Both the position numbers and the translations under genes were made by a program. From an uncultured Clostridia bacterium (lineage in GTDB: Bacteria; Bacillota; Clostridia; Christensenellales; DTU072): a stretch of 64,000 nt of DNA. The notes under the pieces were generated by a model. That model was given only the letters and a program-made list of their open reading frames with translations. It searched no databases and was not told where the DNA came from. Location: positions 119,795 to 183,794 of the forward strand of contig CALVNL010000001.1 of NCBI GenBank assembly GCA_944349655.1. The letters run 5' to 3'. This document shows, piece after piece, positions 47,191-55,882 of this stretch (positions are counted from its first letter, which is position 1; every line of letters begins with the position of its first letter).

Positions 47191-48879
47191 TTATTTTAAT
47201 TTGTAATTATTTGCCCAGGTTTTTAATTCCTTGGCGCCCGACAAACCGATTTCGCTATTCTCCACGGCTCCGGTTAGTCTCATTATTTCTTTATAGATTT
47301 CATCGCCTTTTAATTCTTTTATATAGGTGTTGGTTTTGTTGTCTGATACTCTTTTTTCGATAAGGTAGTTAACGTCTCCCATCGACGCTAATTGCGGTAA
47401 ATGCGTAATGGCAATAACCTGTCTCGATTTAGCTATATCGTACAGTTTGCAAGCAACCACTTTAGCTATAACTCCTGAAATTCCCGTGTCGATTTCGTCA
47501 AAAATAAGAGTTCCTATCTTATCGACTTCGGCTATAATATTTTTCAGAGCCAGCATAAATCTGCTCGCCTCTCCTCCGCTCGCTATCTTTATAAGCGGCT
47601 TAAGAGGTTCTCCCGGGTTTGGCGACAGCAAAAATTCCACGGAGTCTCCGCCGTTGGCATTCATTTCCGCAACGCTTTCGGCATAATCGATTTTTACCTC
47701 GAAACGCGAATTCTTCATTCCGAGTTCGGATAAATTCTTTCTTATGGCCTCGCTGAATTTTTCGGCGGTACGCGTTCTTTCTTTATGCAATTTTTCCGCT
47801 ACCGATACAATTTGCTTTTCGGTTGTGGTTTTTTCTTTGTTTAACTTATCCAACTGCGCTTCGGCGTCTGCAAGCAATTCGTATTCGGACACACATTTAT
47901 CGTAATATTCTCTAATTTCTTCCGGATCGGAGCCGTATTTTTTCTTCAAAAGCCTGATCGCGTCCAATCGCTTCTCCACGCTTTCGATATCGATATCCAA
48001 GCCGAGATTTTCAAGATTGTCTTTTAACTCTTCGTACACGTCGTCGGCTTCGATTGCAAGACTGTCCAATCTGTCGTAAAGCTTTTCATAAGCTTCGTCA
48101 TATTTGGCGATAGGCCGCAAGCATCGCATAGAGTTTTTCAGTCCGTTCAACGCTCCGGAAAAATCGTCGCCGAGACTTTGAGCCGCACCGTCAAGCCCTT
48201 CGGCAATCTTTTGCGAATTGTTAAAACGGTTCCTGGCGTTTACAAGTTCGGTTTCTTCGTTTTTATCGGTCCAGTTAACTCGATCAATCTCGTTTATCTT
48301 ATAAGAAAGGACGTCCATAGCCCTTTCTCTTTCTTCTTCCGAAGCAAAACCGTCTATACGCTCCTGAATTTTACGGTATTTAGCCATCAATTCTCTGAAC
48401 TCTTTTTTTAAGTCCTCCGATTTATCGCAGAACGCGTCCAATAACAGTATATGGTTGGACGGTTTCATCAAGGATTGATGTTCGTTCTGAGAATGTATAT
48501 CTACGAGATTCGCAACTAACGCGCGCAAAAAAGAAAGATTAACCACCCTGCCGTTTATACGGCAATCGCTCCTTTCGTTGGTCATTGTCCTGGTCACGAT
48601 AACCGTATCATCCTCGCAATCTATCCCGTAATCGGAAAGCATGGCTTTTATTTCTTCGAAATTGACGATATTTTCAAAAACGACTTCCACTCGCGCCGTC
48701 GTTTCCCCGTATCTGATAAGACTTCTGTCTGCTTTATCTCCGAGAACAAAATTGATGGAATCGATAATTATGGATTTTCCCGCTCCGGTTTCGCCGCTAA
48801 GAATATTCAATCCGGGCTTAAGATTGAGAGTCAATTCACCTATTAAGGCTATATTTTTAATATTCAGACAGGAAATCAT
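47191..48879 (-). CDS. recN: DNA repair protein RecN
   Basis: 562 aa; Walker A GETGAGKS, long coiled coil, signature ASGGEASR, Walker B LIFDEIDTG. Confidence 0.95.
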   Translation of the reverse strand: MISCLNIKNIALIGELTLNLKPGLNILSGETGAGKSIIIDSINFVLGDKADRSLIRYGETTARVEVVFENIVNFEEIKAMLSDYGIDCEDDTVIVTRTMTNERSDCRINGRVVNLSFLRALVANLVDIHSQNEHQSLMKPSNHILLLDAFCDKSEDLKKEFRELMAKYRKIQERIDGFASEEERERAMDVLSYKINEIDRVNWTDKNEETELVNARNRFNNSQKIAEGLDGAAQSLGDDFSGALNGLKNSMRCLRPIAKYDEAYEKLYDRLDSLAIEADDVYEELKDNLENLGLDIDIESVEKRLDAIRLLKKKYGSDPEEIREYYDKCVSEYELLADAEAQLDKLNKEKTTTEKQIVSVAEKLHKERTRTAEKFSEAIRKNLSELGMKNSRFEVKIDYAESVAEMNANGGDSVEFLLSPNPGEPLKPLIKIASGGEASRFMLALKNIIAEVDKIGTLIFDEIDTGISGVIAKVVACKLYDIAKSRQVIAITHLPQLASMGDVNYLIEKRVSDNKTNTYIKELKGDEIYKEIMRLTGAVENSEIGLSGAKELKTWANNYKLK

Positions 48880-49322
48880 CAGATATACTCCTTAAGCTGC
48901 GCATATATTTGGGGTACGTCTTCAAGCGTTTTTGCGATAACGAGAATGGTATCGTCTCCGGCTAAAGTGCCGACTATATTGGGTAAATCCAATTTGTCGA
49001 GAAGAAGACAGGCCGCGTTAGCGCTGCCGTCGTAAGTTTTAATAACTATCAGATTCATCGCGGTATCCATTTTGATTACGCTTTCCTTGAACAAAGTGGA
49101 TAATTTTCCCATTTTATGTTCGGTATTATGGAGAGCGTATCTGAATTTCTTTTCTTTTCCCGATACCTTTATCAATCCGAGTTCGTTTATATCTCTGCTT
49201 ACCGTCGCTTGCGTAACGCTATATCCGGCTTTTGTCAACTCGCTTACCAGTTCGTTTTGTGTGTTTATTTCTTTTTCGGTAATAATTCTGATTATTGCTT
49301 CCTGACGCGACGATCTTGGCAT
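48879..49322 (-). CDS. argR: arginine repressor
   Basis: 147 aa; N-terminal wHTH (QNELVSELTKAGYSVTQATVSRDI), C-terminal oligomerisation domain GTLAGDDTILV. Confidence 0.93.
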   Translation of the reverse strand: MPRSSRQEAIIRIITEKEINTQNELVSELTKAGYSVTQATVSRDINELGLIKVSGKEKKFRYALHNTEHKMGKLSTLFKESVIKMDTAMNLIVIKTYDGSANAACLLLDKLDLPNIVGTLAGDDTILVIAKTLEDVPQIYAQLKEYI

Positions 49323-49334
49323 AGAAAAACCTCG

Positions 49335-49383
49335 TAAGTATTTTTATGCAATTATTATAAAATAAATAGAATTTTTATGCAAT
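49335..49383 (-). promoter_or_regulatory. two ARG-box-like sites upstream of argR
   Basis: Minus strand ATTGCATAAAAATTCTAT (49383-49366) and ATTGCATAAAAATACTTA (49352-49335), 31 nt apart, flank a TATAAT; each matches most positions of TNTGAATWWWWATTCANW (consensus from memory). Confidence 0.45.
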
Positions 49384-50109
49384 AAAACCGGACTTCTTTT
49401 TCAATAAAATTAAATATTCCTGATTTTTTTCTTCAAAAGGATGCGGAGCTTCCGTCAATCCCTCTTCCGCAAGTCCCAACTCCTTGCAAAATTGCTCCAC
49501 GCTTTTTACCGCCGACAATCTGAGTTTTTCGTTTTTAACGATACCTTTTTTAGTCAAATCTTTTGCCGAACATTCGAATTGCGGTTTGATAAGGGCTATA
49601 ATTATTCCGTCTTGCGTAAGTACTTCGCTTATCGGACCGAGAACAAGTTTAAGCGAGATGAAACTTACGTCGACTACGGCAATTTGCGGAATAACGGTAA
49701 ATTGCTCCTTTTTTATAAATCGAGCATTGGTTTTATCCATAATCTCTACGCGAGAGTCTTTTTTCAATCTTTCCGGTAAAGCACATTCGCCTACGTCCAA
49801 ACAATACACTTTCCGAGCGCCGTTTTTTAACAGTACGTCGGTAAATCCCCCGTTGGACGCGCCTACGTCCAGACAAACTTTTCCCTTAGGCTCTATAGCG
49901 AAACTTTCCAACGCTTTTATGAGCTTTATACCGCCGAGGGATGCTTCGTAATTTTCGGTAACGATTACTTCATCTTTCTTTTCTACGTCAAAGGAACATT
50001 TAGACACGGTTTTTCCGTTTACGGAAACTCTTCCCAACGCTATGAGGTTTGCCGCCCTCGTGCGACTTTCGGCAAGTCCGTTATCGAAGAGATATTTATC
50101 CAATCTCAT
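49375..50109 (-). CDS. tlyA: TlyA family 16S/23S rRNA (cytidine-2'-O)-methyltransferase
   Basis: 244 aa; S4 domain, FtsJ-type SAM motif LDVGASNGGFTD. Confidence 0.92.
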   Translation of the reverse strand: MRLDKYLFDNGLAESRTRAANLIALGRVSVNGKTVSKCSFDVEKKDEVIVTENYEASLGGIKLIKALESFAIEPKGKVCLDVGASNGGFTDVLLKNGARKVYCLDVGECALPERLKKDSRVEIMDKTNARFIKKEQFTVIPQIAVVDVSFISLKLVLGPISEVLTQDGIIIALIKPQFECSAKDLTKKGIVKNEKLRLSAVKSVEQFCKELGLAEEGLTEAPHPFEEKNQEYLILLKKKSGFIA

Positions 50110-50825
50110 TTTTTATTCCTCGGACGATAAAAGACTCCGAGAACCCTTCCCGCAAACATAACCATATCTTTTGAATTTTTTATCGCTATGCTTTTGAAAA
50201 AAGCCTTGCCTCCGACAGTTACCGCCGAAACCACGGAACTCATTATAATATTGAAAATATACATATTGGGATTGTCTGCGGCAAATTTAAGAACTATTGC
50301 GGCGGCGCAAGTACCGCTGATAATCCCTGCCATATCGCCGACTACGTCGTTGCAAATGTTTGCTACCTTTTCGGCGTTTTTTACCAGTTTTACGGCAACG
50401 GAAGCCCCTGCGACTTTTCTTGCAGCCATTGACAGCAAGGGCGCGGGATCGCAGCTGGTAACGGCCACCCCTATCGCGTCGAAAACGATAGCGATTACTA
50501 TCAACAGACAAAGCAACAATACGGAAATTATAACGTTGGATTTAGAAGACGTAATTTCCGTTATAAAGCTAACGAAAAAGGATAAAAATAAAGTGATTAT
50601 GGTGATTTTTATAGTCCAGACAGTACCCTTGGAAAGTTTCCTGCGGGGTTTGTCCTTTTTTTTGTCTTCATTTTTGGCTTTCGCGTCCTTAACGCCGTCT
50701 TTTGCCTGAACTTCTTCTTTTTTAACGTTGGACTCCGGATTACAACTCTCGTCACTACATTCGACGGTATCAGAAAATGAATTGTCTTCCTTCGATTTCC
50801 ATTCTCCCGATGCGGATTGTTTCAT
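50106..50825 (-). CDS. oapA: small 4-TM membrane protein, candidate OLE-associated protein A
   Basis: 239 aa; about 70-aa Lys/Glu/Asp-rich N-terminal extension, then four hydrophobic helices with a DVVGD motif; immediately downstream of the structured RNA, GGGAG SD. Confidence 0.6.
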   Translation of the reverse strand: MKQSASGEWKSKEDNSFSDTVECSDESCNPESNVKKEEVQAKDGVKDAKAKNEDKKKDKPRRKLSKGTVWTIKITIITLFLSFFVSFITEITSSKSNVIISVLLLCLLIVIAIVFDAIGVAVTSCDPAPLLSMAARKVAGASVAVKLVKNAEKVANICNDVVGDMAGIISGTCAAAIVLKFAADNPNMYIFNIIMSSVVSAVTVGGKAFFKSIAIKNSKDMVMFAGRVLGVFYRPRNKK

Positions 50826-50845
50826 ATTGCTCCCAAAAAAAATAC

Positions 50846-51414
50846 AGGTGGCATAAGCTAAGTAAACCTTGCGTCATAGGTTCGGTAGGATTTCCCCGTA
50901 GACCACTTGCCGTCGCCGTACAAGCAGTTTCCTATTATAGCCTACGTGACCGGATTACTCCGAGTCAGACCGAATTGCCACTCAGAACACACTATAATCC
51001 TTAGCCTATGTCAGTCTAGAAGATTTCCTTTACAGATTTGAAACAGTTTATCCTCTTTTGCAAAGAGGGTTTCATCGGACAATAGATCGGATTTATCGGC
51101 CAACAAATCCTTTCGTGATTCCGAATCCGCCGCCTTCACTCAAGGCAAGCTACACTGCACACAGCTATTTGTTACCGCATTACAGGTTTAATCCCATTCA
51201 GCAAAAGAGTGGATACTTCTGCCGATATGGGTCTCCGCGATAATTGGGTCGGCTTCCGTATGCCGTTACGGAACGCCCAAAAATCTTAACTCCCAGCACC
51301 AGCCCTGGTTTGGGCAACCAAAGCCAGCACAAGAAACTTCATCGATATGCTCTTTAACGGTATTTTAACCCCGTCTTCGACTGTTTCGCACCTGACTAGA
51401 ATACTGTGCCACCT
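50846..51414 (-). ncRNA. ole: large structured non-coding RNA, candidate OLE (ornate, large, extremophilic) RNA
   Basis: ORF-free gap between ispA and the membrane protein; GC-richer than its flanks; closing helix AGGTGGCA/TGCCACCT plus several internal hairpins; operon context nusB-folD-xseAB-ispA-[RNA]-membrane protein-tlyA-argR-recN matches the published OLE context; ends approximate. Confidence 0.7.
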
Positions 51415-51424
51415 TCTATTGATT

Positions 51425-51453
51425 ATATTATCATATATTCTTAAAATAATCAA
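51425..51453 (-). promoter_or_regulatory. candidate promoter directly upstream of the structured RNA
   Basis: Minus strand TTGATT (51453-51448), 17-nt spacer ending in TGa, TAATAT (51430-51425); the predicted start lies a few nt before the closing helix. Confidence 0.4.
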
Positions 51454-51508
51454 ATTATTTCAAGTTTACTTGTAAATTCAAAAAATTGAGAAAAAACCTT
51501 TTATTCAG

Positions 51509-52321
51509 CTATTTGGTTCTATTCAAGAGGAACTCCGTCAGATTGCGTAAATTATCGGCATTTTCAAACGGCTCTAAAGCCTTAAACGCTATTTTCCCGA
51601 GTTTTGCAACCATATCGGCGGTATGCTCCTTTCCAGTTACGCCGAGGTAAGATTTAGGTTCGGATTTATTCTCGTCCAAAAGGTCGTCTTTTAATTGAAA
51701 ACACAACCCTATTGCGGAAGCGAAAGTTCCGAGCGCGTTAAATTTTTCTCTGTCGGCGCAAACGAAAGCCGGACAAAGAGCCGCAGCGCAAATCAATGCA
51801 CCCGTTTTTTTCATACATAATTCGGTAATCAACGTTTCGTCAAATGCATCTATAGAAAATTCCATCGCCTGACCGCCTATCATACCTTCCGCTCCGGCGC
51901 ATTTTGCTAAATAAGAAGCCGCCGTAATAAGATCAGGGTCGGTTTTAACCGCTTCGAAAAGATTTTCATAAGCAAGATTAAGCAACGCGTCTCCGGCAAG
52001 AAGCGCTATGGCTTCCCCGAAGGCTTTATGACAGGACGTTTTTCCCCTGCGAAAATCGTCGTCGTCCATGCACGGCAAATCGTCGTGAATCAAACTATAA
52101 TTATGGATAAGCTCCAAAGAAACGGCAAGCGGTAAAATTTTTTCCGAGGACACATCGACAAAATCGGCGGAAAGCAACATAAGATAAGGTCTGACTCTTT
52201 TACCCGAAGAAAAGACCGAGTATTCCATAGCCGAAAATAACCTTTCCGGATAAAGAGGTCGCTTCTCGTCAAAAAGCTTTCTTAGTGCATCTTCGGTTTT
52301 TTTAAGATAAGAATCAATCAT
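51509..52321 (-). CDS. ispA: farnesyl diphosphate synthase (polyprenyl synthetase family)
   Basis: Start moved to the ATG at 52321 (MIDSYLKK; ATGATTGA overlap with the xseB stop); DDxxD motifs LIHDDLPCMDDDDFRRG and FQLKDDLLD. Confidence 0.92.
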   Translation of the reverse strand: MIDSYLKKTEDALRKLFDEKRPLYPERLFSAMEYSVFSSGKRVRPYLMLLSADFVDVSSEKILPLAVSLELIHNYSLIHDDLPCMDDDDFRRGKTSCHKAFGEAIALLAGDALLNLAYENLFEAVKTDPDLITAASYLAKCAGAEGMIGGQAMEFSIDAFDETLITELCMKKTGALICAAALCPAFVCADREKFNALGTFASAIGLCFQLKDDLLDENKSEPKSYLGVTGKEHTADMVAKLGKIAFKALEPFENADNLRNLTEFLLNRTK

Positions 52322-52529
52322 CGTCCACCTCGGTTTCGACTTGAAGCTTTTCAAGTTCCTTGTTGAGAATTTCCATTTTGCCTTTTGCTTCGTTAAGTTC
52401 CTTGATGCTTTCCTTGGCGAGCTTAAGACCTTGTTCGTATAAATTCAGCCCTTCTTCAACTCCTATCTTTTCCTCAGAAAGTTTCTTGATTATTTGTTCA
52501 AGTTCTTTTGCATTTTTTTCGTAATTCAT
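52314..52529 (-). CDS. xseB: exodeoxyribonuclease VII small subunit
   Basis: 71 aa helical protein; LEQIIKKLSEE...LEEGLNLYEQG signature. Confidence 0.9.
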   Translation of the reverse strand: MNYEKNAKELEQIIKKLSEEKIGVEEGLNLYEQGLKLAKESIKELNEAKGKMEILNKELEKLQVETEVDDD

Positions 52530-52533
52530 ATAA

Positions 52534-53712
52534 TTACTCCTTCACGATTATAGCATTGATTTTTCCGTCGATACCGATAATACTTACTTTATCGTTTTCT
52601 TTAAGTTCTTTGGTTTTATAGATATATCTATCGTTGGATATTATTCTAAAATAACCTTTATTTAATAATTTTAAGGGATTAAGACTTTCAATATATGATA
52701 ATTTTTGTAATAATGTGCTTTCTTCTCGCTCTAAACTTAAGTTTTGATAAATTTTTATCTTTTCAATATTTTTTAACACAGAAAGGGTTTCTTTTGAAAT
52801 AATATCTTCTGTTACTTCTTGCATTTCCTCACAATTATCAATAAATTCATCTATTGTATTTTGCAAAAAATAATTTATATGTTTGGAAATAAAATTTATT
52901 TTTTCAAAAAAATCTTTTTTAAGATTCTGAACGCTATAACCTATTTTTTCCGCTGCGGCAGTCGGCGTTATTGCACGATAATCGGCTACGAAATCACACA
53001 ACGTATAATCCGTCTCATGCCCTATCGCACTGATAACGGGGGTGTTCGTATTATATATTGCGCGAACGAGGCGTTCGTCGTTGAAATAAAAAAGGTCTTC
53101 GGTCGACCCGCCCCCTCTCGCTATTACGATAACGTCGAAACCGTACTGATCCGCATTATTCAAAGCCTGCAGAACGTCGGTCACGCAGCTTTCGCCCTGA
53201 ACTCTTACGTCTATAACCGTTATATCCGTTACGGAATTGTATTTTCGAACTGTAGTTATAAAGTCCTGCACCGCAGCGCCTTTGATGCTTGTTATGACCG
53301 CTACTCTTTTCGGGAACTCAGGCAATTCTTTCTTGTGAAGCTCGGAAAAAAGTCCTTCTTTTTCCAATCTGTCCTTCAGCTCTGCCAGTTGCCTGTTGAT
53401 AAGCCCCGCACCAAAATAACTTACCTCGTAAGCCCTAAGGTTCACCTGTCCGTTCTTTGAATAAAAATCGACGCTGCCCCTTACTAAAACTTTGTCGCCG
53501 TTTACAGGTACAAATTTCCCTTTTACGTTAAAGTATGTGATTTTTATCTGACTTTTGGAATCTTTAAGCGTAAAATAGCAATGCCCGTTAACCACCGAAC
53601 AACCGCTTACTTCACCGACTACCGGTACGTTGCGAAGCAATTCTTCGTTAAGGAAAACGTTATTGATATAAAAATTAAGTTCTTCTACGGTTATATAATT
53701 TCTTTCAGACAT
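52534..53712 (-). CDS. xseA: exodeoxyribonuclease VII large subunit
   Basis: 392 aa; N-terminal OB fold, catalytic region IARGGGSTEDLFYFNDE, GHETDYTLCDFVAD. Confidence 0.94.
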   Translation of the reverse strand: MSERNYITVEELNFYINNVFLNEELLRNVPVVGEVSGCSVVNGHCYFTLKDSKSQIKITYFNVKGKFVPVNGDKVLVRGSVDFYSKNGQVNLRAYEVSYFGAGLINRQLAELKDRLEKEGLFSELHKKELPEFPKRVAVITSIKGAAVQDFITTVRKYNSVTDITVIDVRVQGESCVTDVLQALNNADQYGFDVIVIARGGGSTEDLFYFNDERLVRAIYNTNTPVISAIGHETDYTLCDFVADYRAITPTAAAEKIGYSVQNLKKDFFEKINFISKHINYFLQNTIDEFIDNCEEMQEVTEDIISKETLSVLKNIEKIKIYQNLSLEREESTLLQKLSYIESLNPLKLLNKGYFRIISNDRYIYKTKELKENDKVSIIGIDGKINAIIVKE

Positions 53713-54544
53713 TCTCCAAAAAAGCGTCGACCGTGTTTTTCATCAGCATAGCTACCGTCATAGGTCCGACTCCTCCCGGAACAGGAGTAATATAGGAACA
53801 TTTATCCTTGACGTTCTCATAATCCACGTCTCCGCAAAGTTTACCGTCTACGCGGTTTATTCCCACGTCTACAACAACGGCTCCGTCTTTCACCATATCT
53901 GCAGTCACAAAATGCGGTTTACCTATCGCCACCACTAAAATATCGGCTTCTGCGGCGATTTTACCGATATTTTCGGTTTTGGAATGACATACGGTAACCG
54001 TTGCGTTCTGTTTCAGCAACATAAGAGCCATAGGTTTTCCTACGGTATTGCTTCTGCCGATAACCACCGCTTTTTTACCCGCTACGGGTATTGAATAATA
54101 TTTAAGCAACTCCATTACTCCGCCGGGCGTGCAACTGGGAAAGCATTTTTCGCCAAGCACGAGTTTTCCCATCTGAAACGGACTGAATCCGTCCACGTCT
54201 TTTTGAGGATCGATTTTGGAAAGAATTTTCCTTTCGTCTATCCCTTTGGGCAAAGGAAGCTGTACCAGAATGCCGTAAACGTCTTTGTTTGCATTCAACT
54301 CTTCTATAATATCCGTTATTTCTTTTTCCGATACGTCGGAAGGTAATTCGTAATGAAAACTTTTAATCCCTACTTCGGCGCAGGAATTGATTTTATTTCT
54401 GACGTAAACTTTGCTTGCGGGGTCTTCTCCTGCTATAATAACGGCAAGACCGCAGGTTTTACCTGCGGCTATATGCGGTTCAAGTTGTTTTTTTAGTTGT
54501 TGTTTCAGATCTGAAGCGACTTTTTTTCCGTCTATAAGTATCAT
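53705..54544 (-). CDS. folD: bifunctional methylenetetrahydrofolate dehydrogenase/cyclohydrolase
   Basis: 279 aa; GEDPASKVYVRNK, VIGRSNTVGKPMALML, PVPGGVGPMT motifs. Confidence 0.95.
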   Translation of the reverse strand: MILIDGKKVASDLKQQLKKQLEPHIAAGKTCGLAVIIAGEDPASKVYVRNKINSCAEVGIKSFHYELPSDVSEKEITDIIEELNANKDVYGILVQLPLPKGIDERKILSKIDPQKDVDGFSPFQMGKLVLGEKCFPSCTPGGVMELLKYYSIPVAGKKAVVIGRSNTVGKPMALMLLKQNATVTVCHSKTENIGKIAAEADILVVAIGKPHFVTADMVKDGAVVVDVGINRVDGKLCGDVDYENVKDKCSYITPVPGGVGPMTVAMLMKNTVDAFLENV

Positions 54545-54948
54545 TTTTTCTCCGAAAGATTTTTATTCACCGCTGAAAGTATTCCGTTAACAAATACGTT
54601 ACTTTTGTCGGTGGAATATTTTTTTACCAGGTCCACCGCTTCGTTTATCGTGACAGCGGGCGGAATATCGTTCATATATTTTAATTCGTAAACTGCCAAA
54701 AGCAAGGCGCTTAAATCGGGCTTATAAATTCTGTCCAATGAAAACCCTTGCGAATATTCGGAAATAATTTCGGAAAGTTCCTCGTAACGGTTGATAACTC
54801 CGTAATAAACTTTTTCCATATAAGCGACGTCGCTATCATCCATTTCCCCCAAAGAAAATACCGAATAAGTCCTGCTATTCGGCGTTTTGTTAAATAAAAA
54901 TTCAAAAATCAATTTATATGTATTTTCTCTGGCTATTTTTCTGGACAT
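54541..54948 (-). CDS. nusB: transcription antitermination factor NusB
   Basis: 135 aa; RKIARENTYKLIFE start, INEAVDLVKKY, FVNGIL motifs. Confidence 0.92.
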   Translation of the reverse strand: MSRKIARENTYKLIFEFLFNKTPNSRTYSVFSLGEMDDSDVAYMEKVYYGVINRYEELSEIISEYSQGFSLDRIYKPDLSALLLAVYELKYMNDIPPAVTINEAVDLVKKYSTDKSNVFVNGILSAVNKNLSEKK

Positions 54949-54959
54949 ATCTCCTCACT

Positions 54960-55295
54960 TCAGGCAAAGATCACGTTGGAAACGTTTACGTTAATATTTT
55001 TTATTTTGAACGGAGTACTTTCTTTGATTAAGCCGATAATGTTTTCCTGAAGTTTACAGACAACCTGCGGTACCGCATATCCGTAACGGACGTTGATATA
55101 TACGTCTACGGTTACTTCGTTGTCGTAAATATAAACGTGGATGTTTTTGGTATTCATCGTCGTCATCCCGAATTTTGATTTAATGACGTTATATTCCCTC
55201 GCCACGCCTTCCGTTTGGGCAATAGCCGTATTTACGAAGGAAATTATCATATTTTTATAACGGGACAGGTCTTCCTGCTTAATCGAGTCTCTCAT
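54960..55295 (-). CDS. Asp23/Gls24 family envelope stress protein
   Basis: 111 aa; conserved position upstream of nusB (yqhY equivalent); V.V.V beta-rich pattern of DUF322. Confidence 0.75.
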   Translation of the reverse strand: MRDSIKQEDLSRYKNMIISFVNTAIAQTEGVAREYNVIKSKFGMTTMNTKNIHVYIYDNEVTVDVYINVRYGYAVPQVVCKLQENIIGLIKESTPFKIKNINVNVSNVIFA

Positions 55296-55351
55296 AATAT
55301 ACCTCTGTAAAAGTATATCATAAGAGACCCGTCAAAAGCAAGCGATATGTT

Positions 55352-55849
55352 TTATACGTAAGGGATAACTATGACGTTTTCGCAACCGTAATCCGTTTCG
55401 GAAGCAATAATATCCATAATTTGTGCCGTTTCTTCCATAGTGAGTTCACTGTCGGCAACTACTACGTTTACGTTCTCGCTGCTTATGGTCACTACGCAAT
55501 CGGTGAATCCCTTTGCCTTAATAAGTCCTTCGAGGGCAAGTTCGGTTTCCATACAGCCTACAAGTTCGAGTTTCTTGTTCTGAGCGCTGGCTATGGTTTC
55601 TTCGTCGGAATTTGCGCTGGAAATTATATCTTCGAGATAAAGTATCTCCTGCGCTCTTGTAGCTTCTCTATCGCTTCTGTAAGTTTCAAAGAAGGTGGGA
55701 AGCCCGGCATCGACGGGTTCTTGCGTCGACTCATTTTGTCTGACCGTCAGAAAATAGTTCAGACAACCTGTCGCTACAAGCAACACGACGAGAGAAACAA
55801 GAATAATGATTTTTTTCTTGTTAACTTTAATATTTTTGATACCTTTCAT
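55352..55849 (-). CDS. spoIIIAH: stage III sporulation protein AH
   Basis: 165 aa; N-terminal TM, YscJ/FliF-like C-terminal domain; last gene of the spoIIIA cluster. Confidence 0.8.
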   Translation of the reverse strand: MKGIKNIKVNKKKIIILVSLVVLLVATGCLNYFLTVRQNESTQEPVDAGLPTFFETYRSDREATRAQEILYLEDIISSANSDEETIASAQNKKLELVGCMETELALEGLIKAKGFTDCVVTISSENVNVVVADSELTMEETAQIMDIIASETDYGCENVIVIPYV

Positions 55850-55882
55850 AAAACTGCCTCCATGTATGTTTTATTGTTTTTT

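Noticed and set aside
50777-51243. Short ORFs (75 aa and 61 aa) inside the ispA-oapA gap, and alternative identities for the RNA (RNase P, tmRNA, group II intron)
   Set aside because: The ORFs have no SD and give implausible Pro/Arg/Ser-rich products. There is no GAGGAAAGTCC-type RNase P motif, no tag-peptide reading frame with a tRNA-like end, and no intron-encoded protein or domain V-like motif. The size and operon context fit OLE instead.
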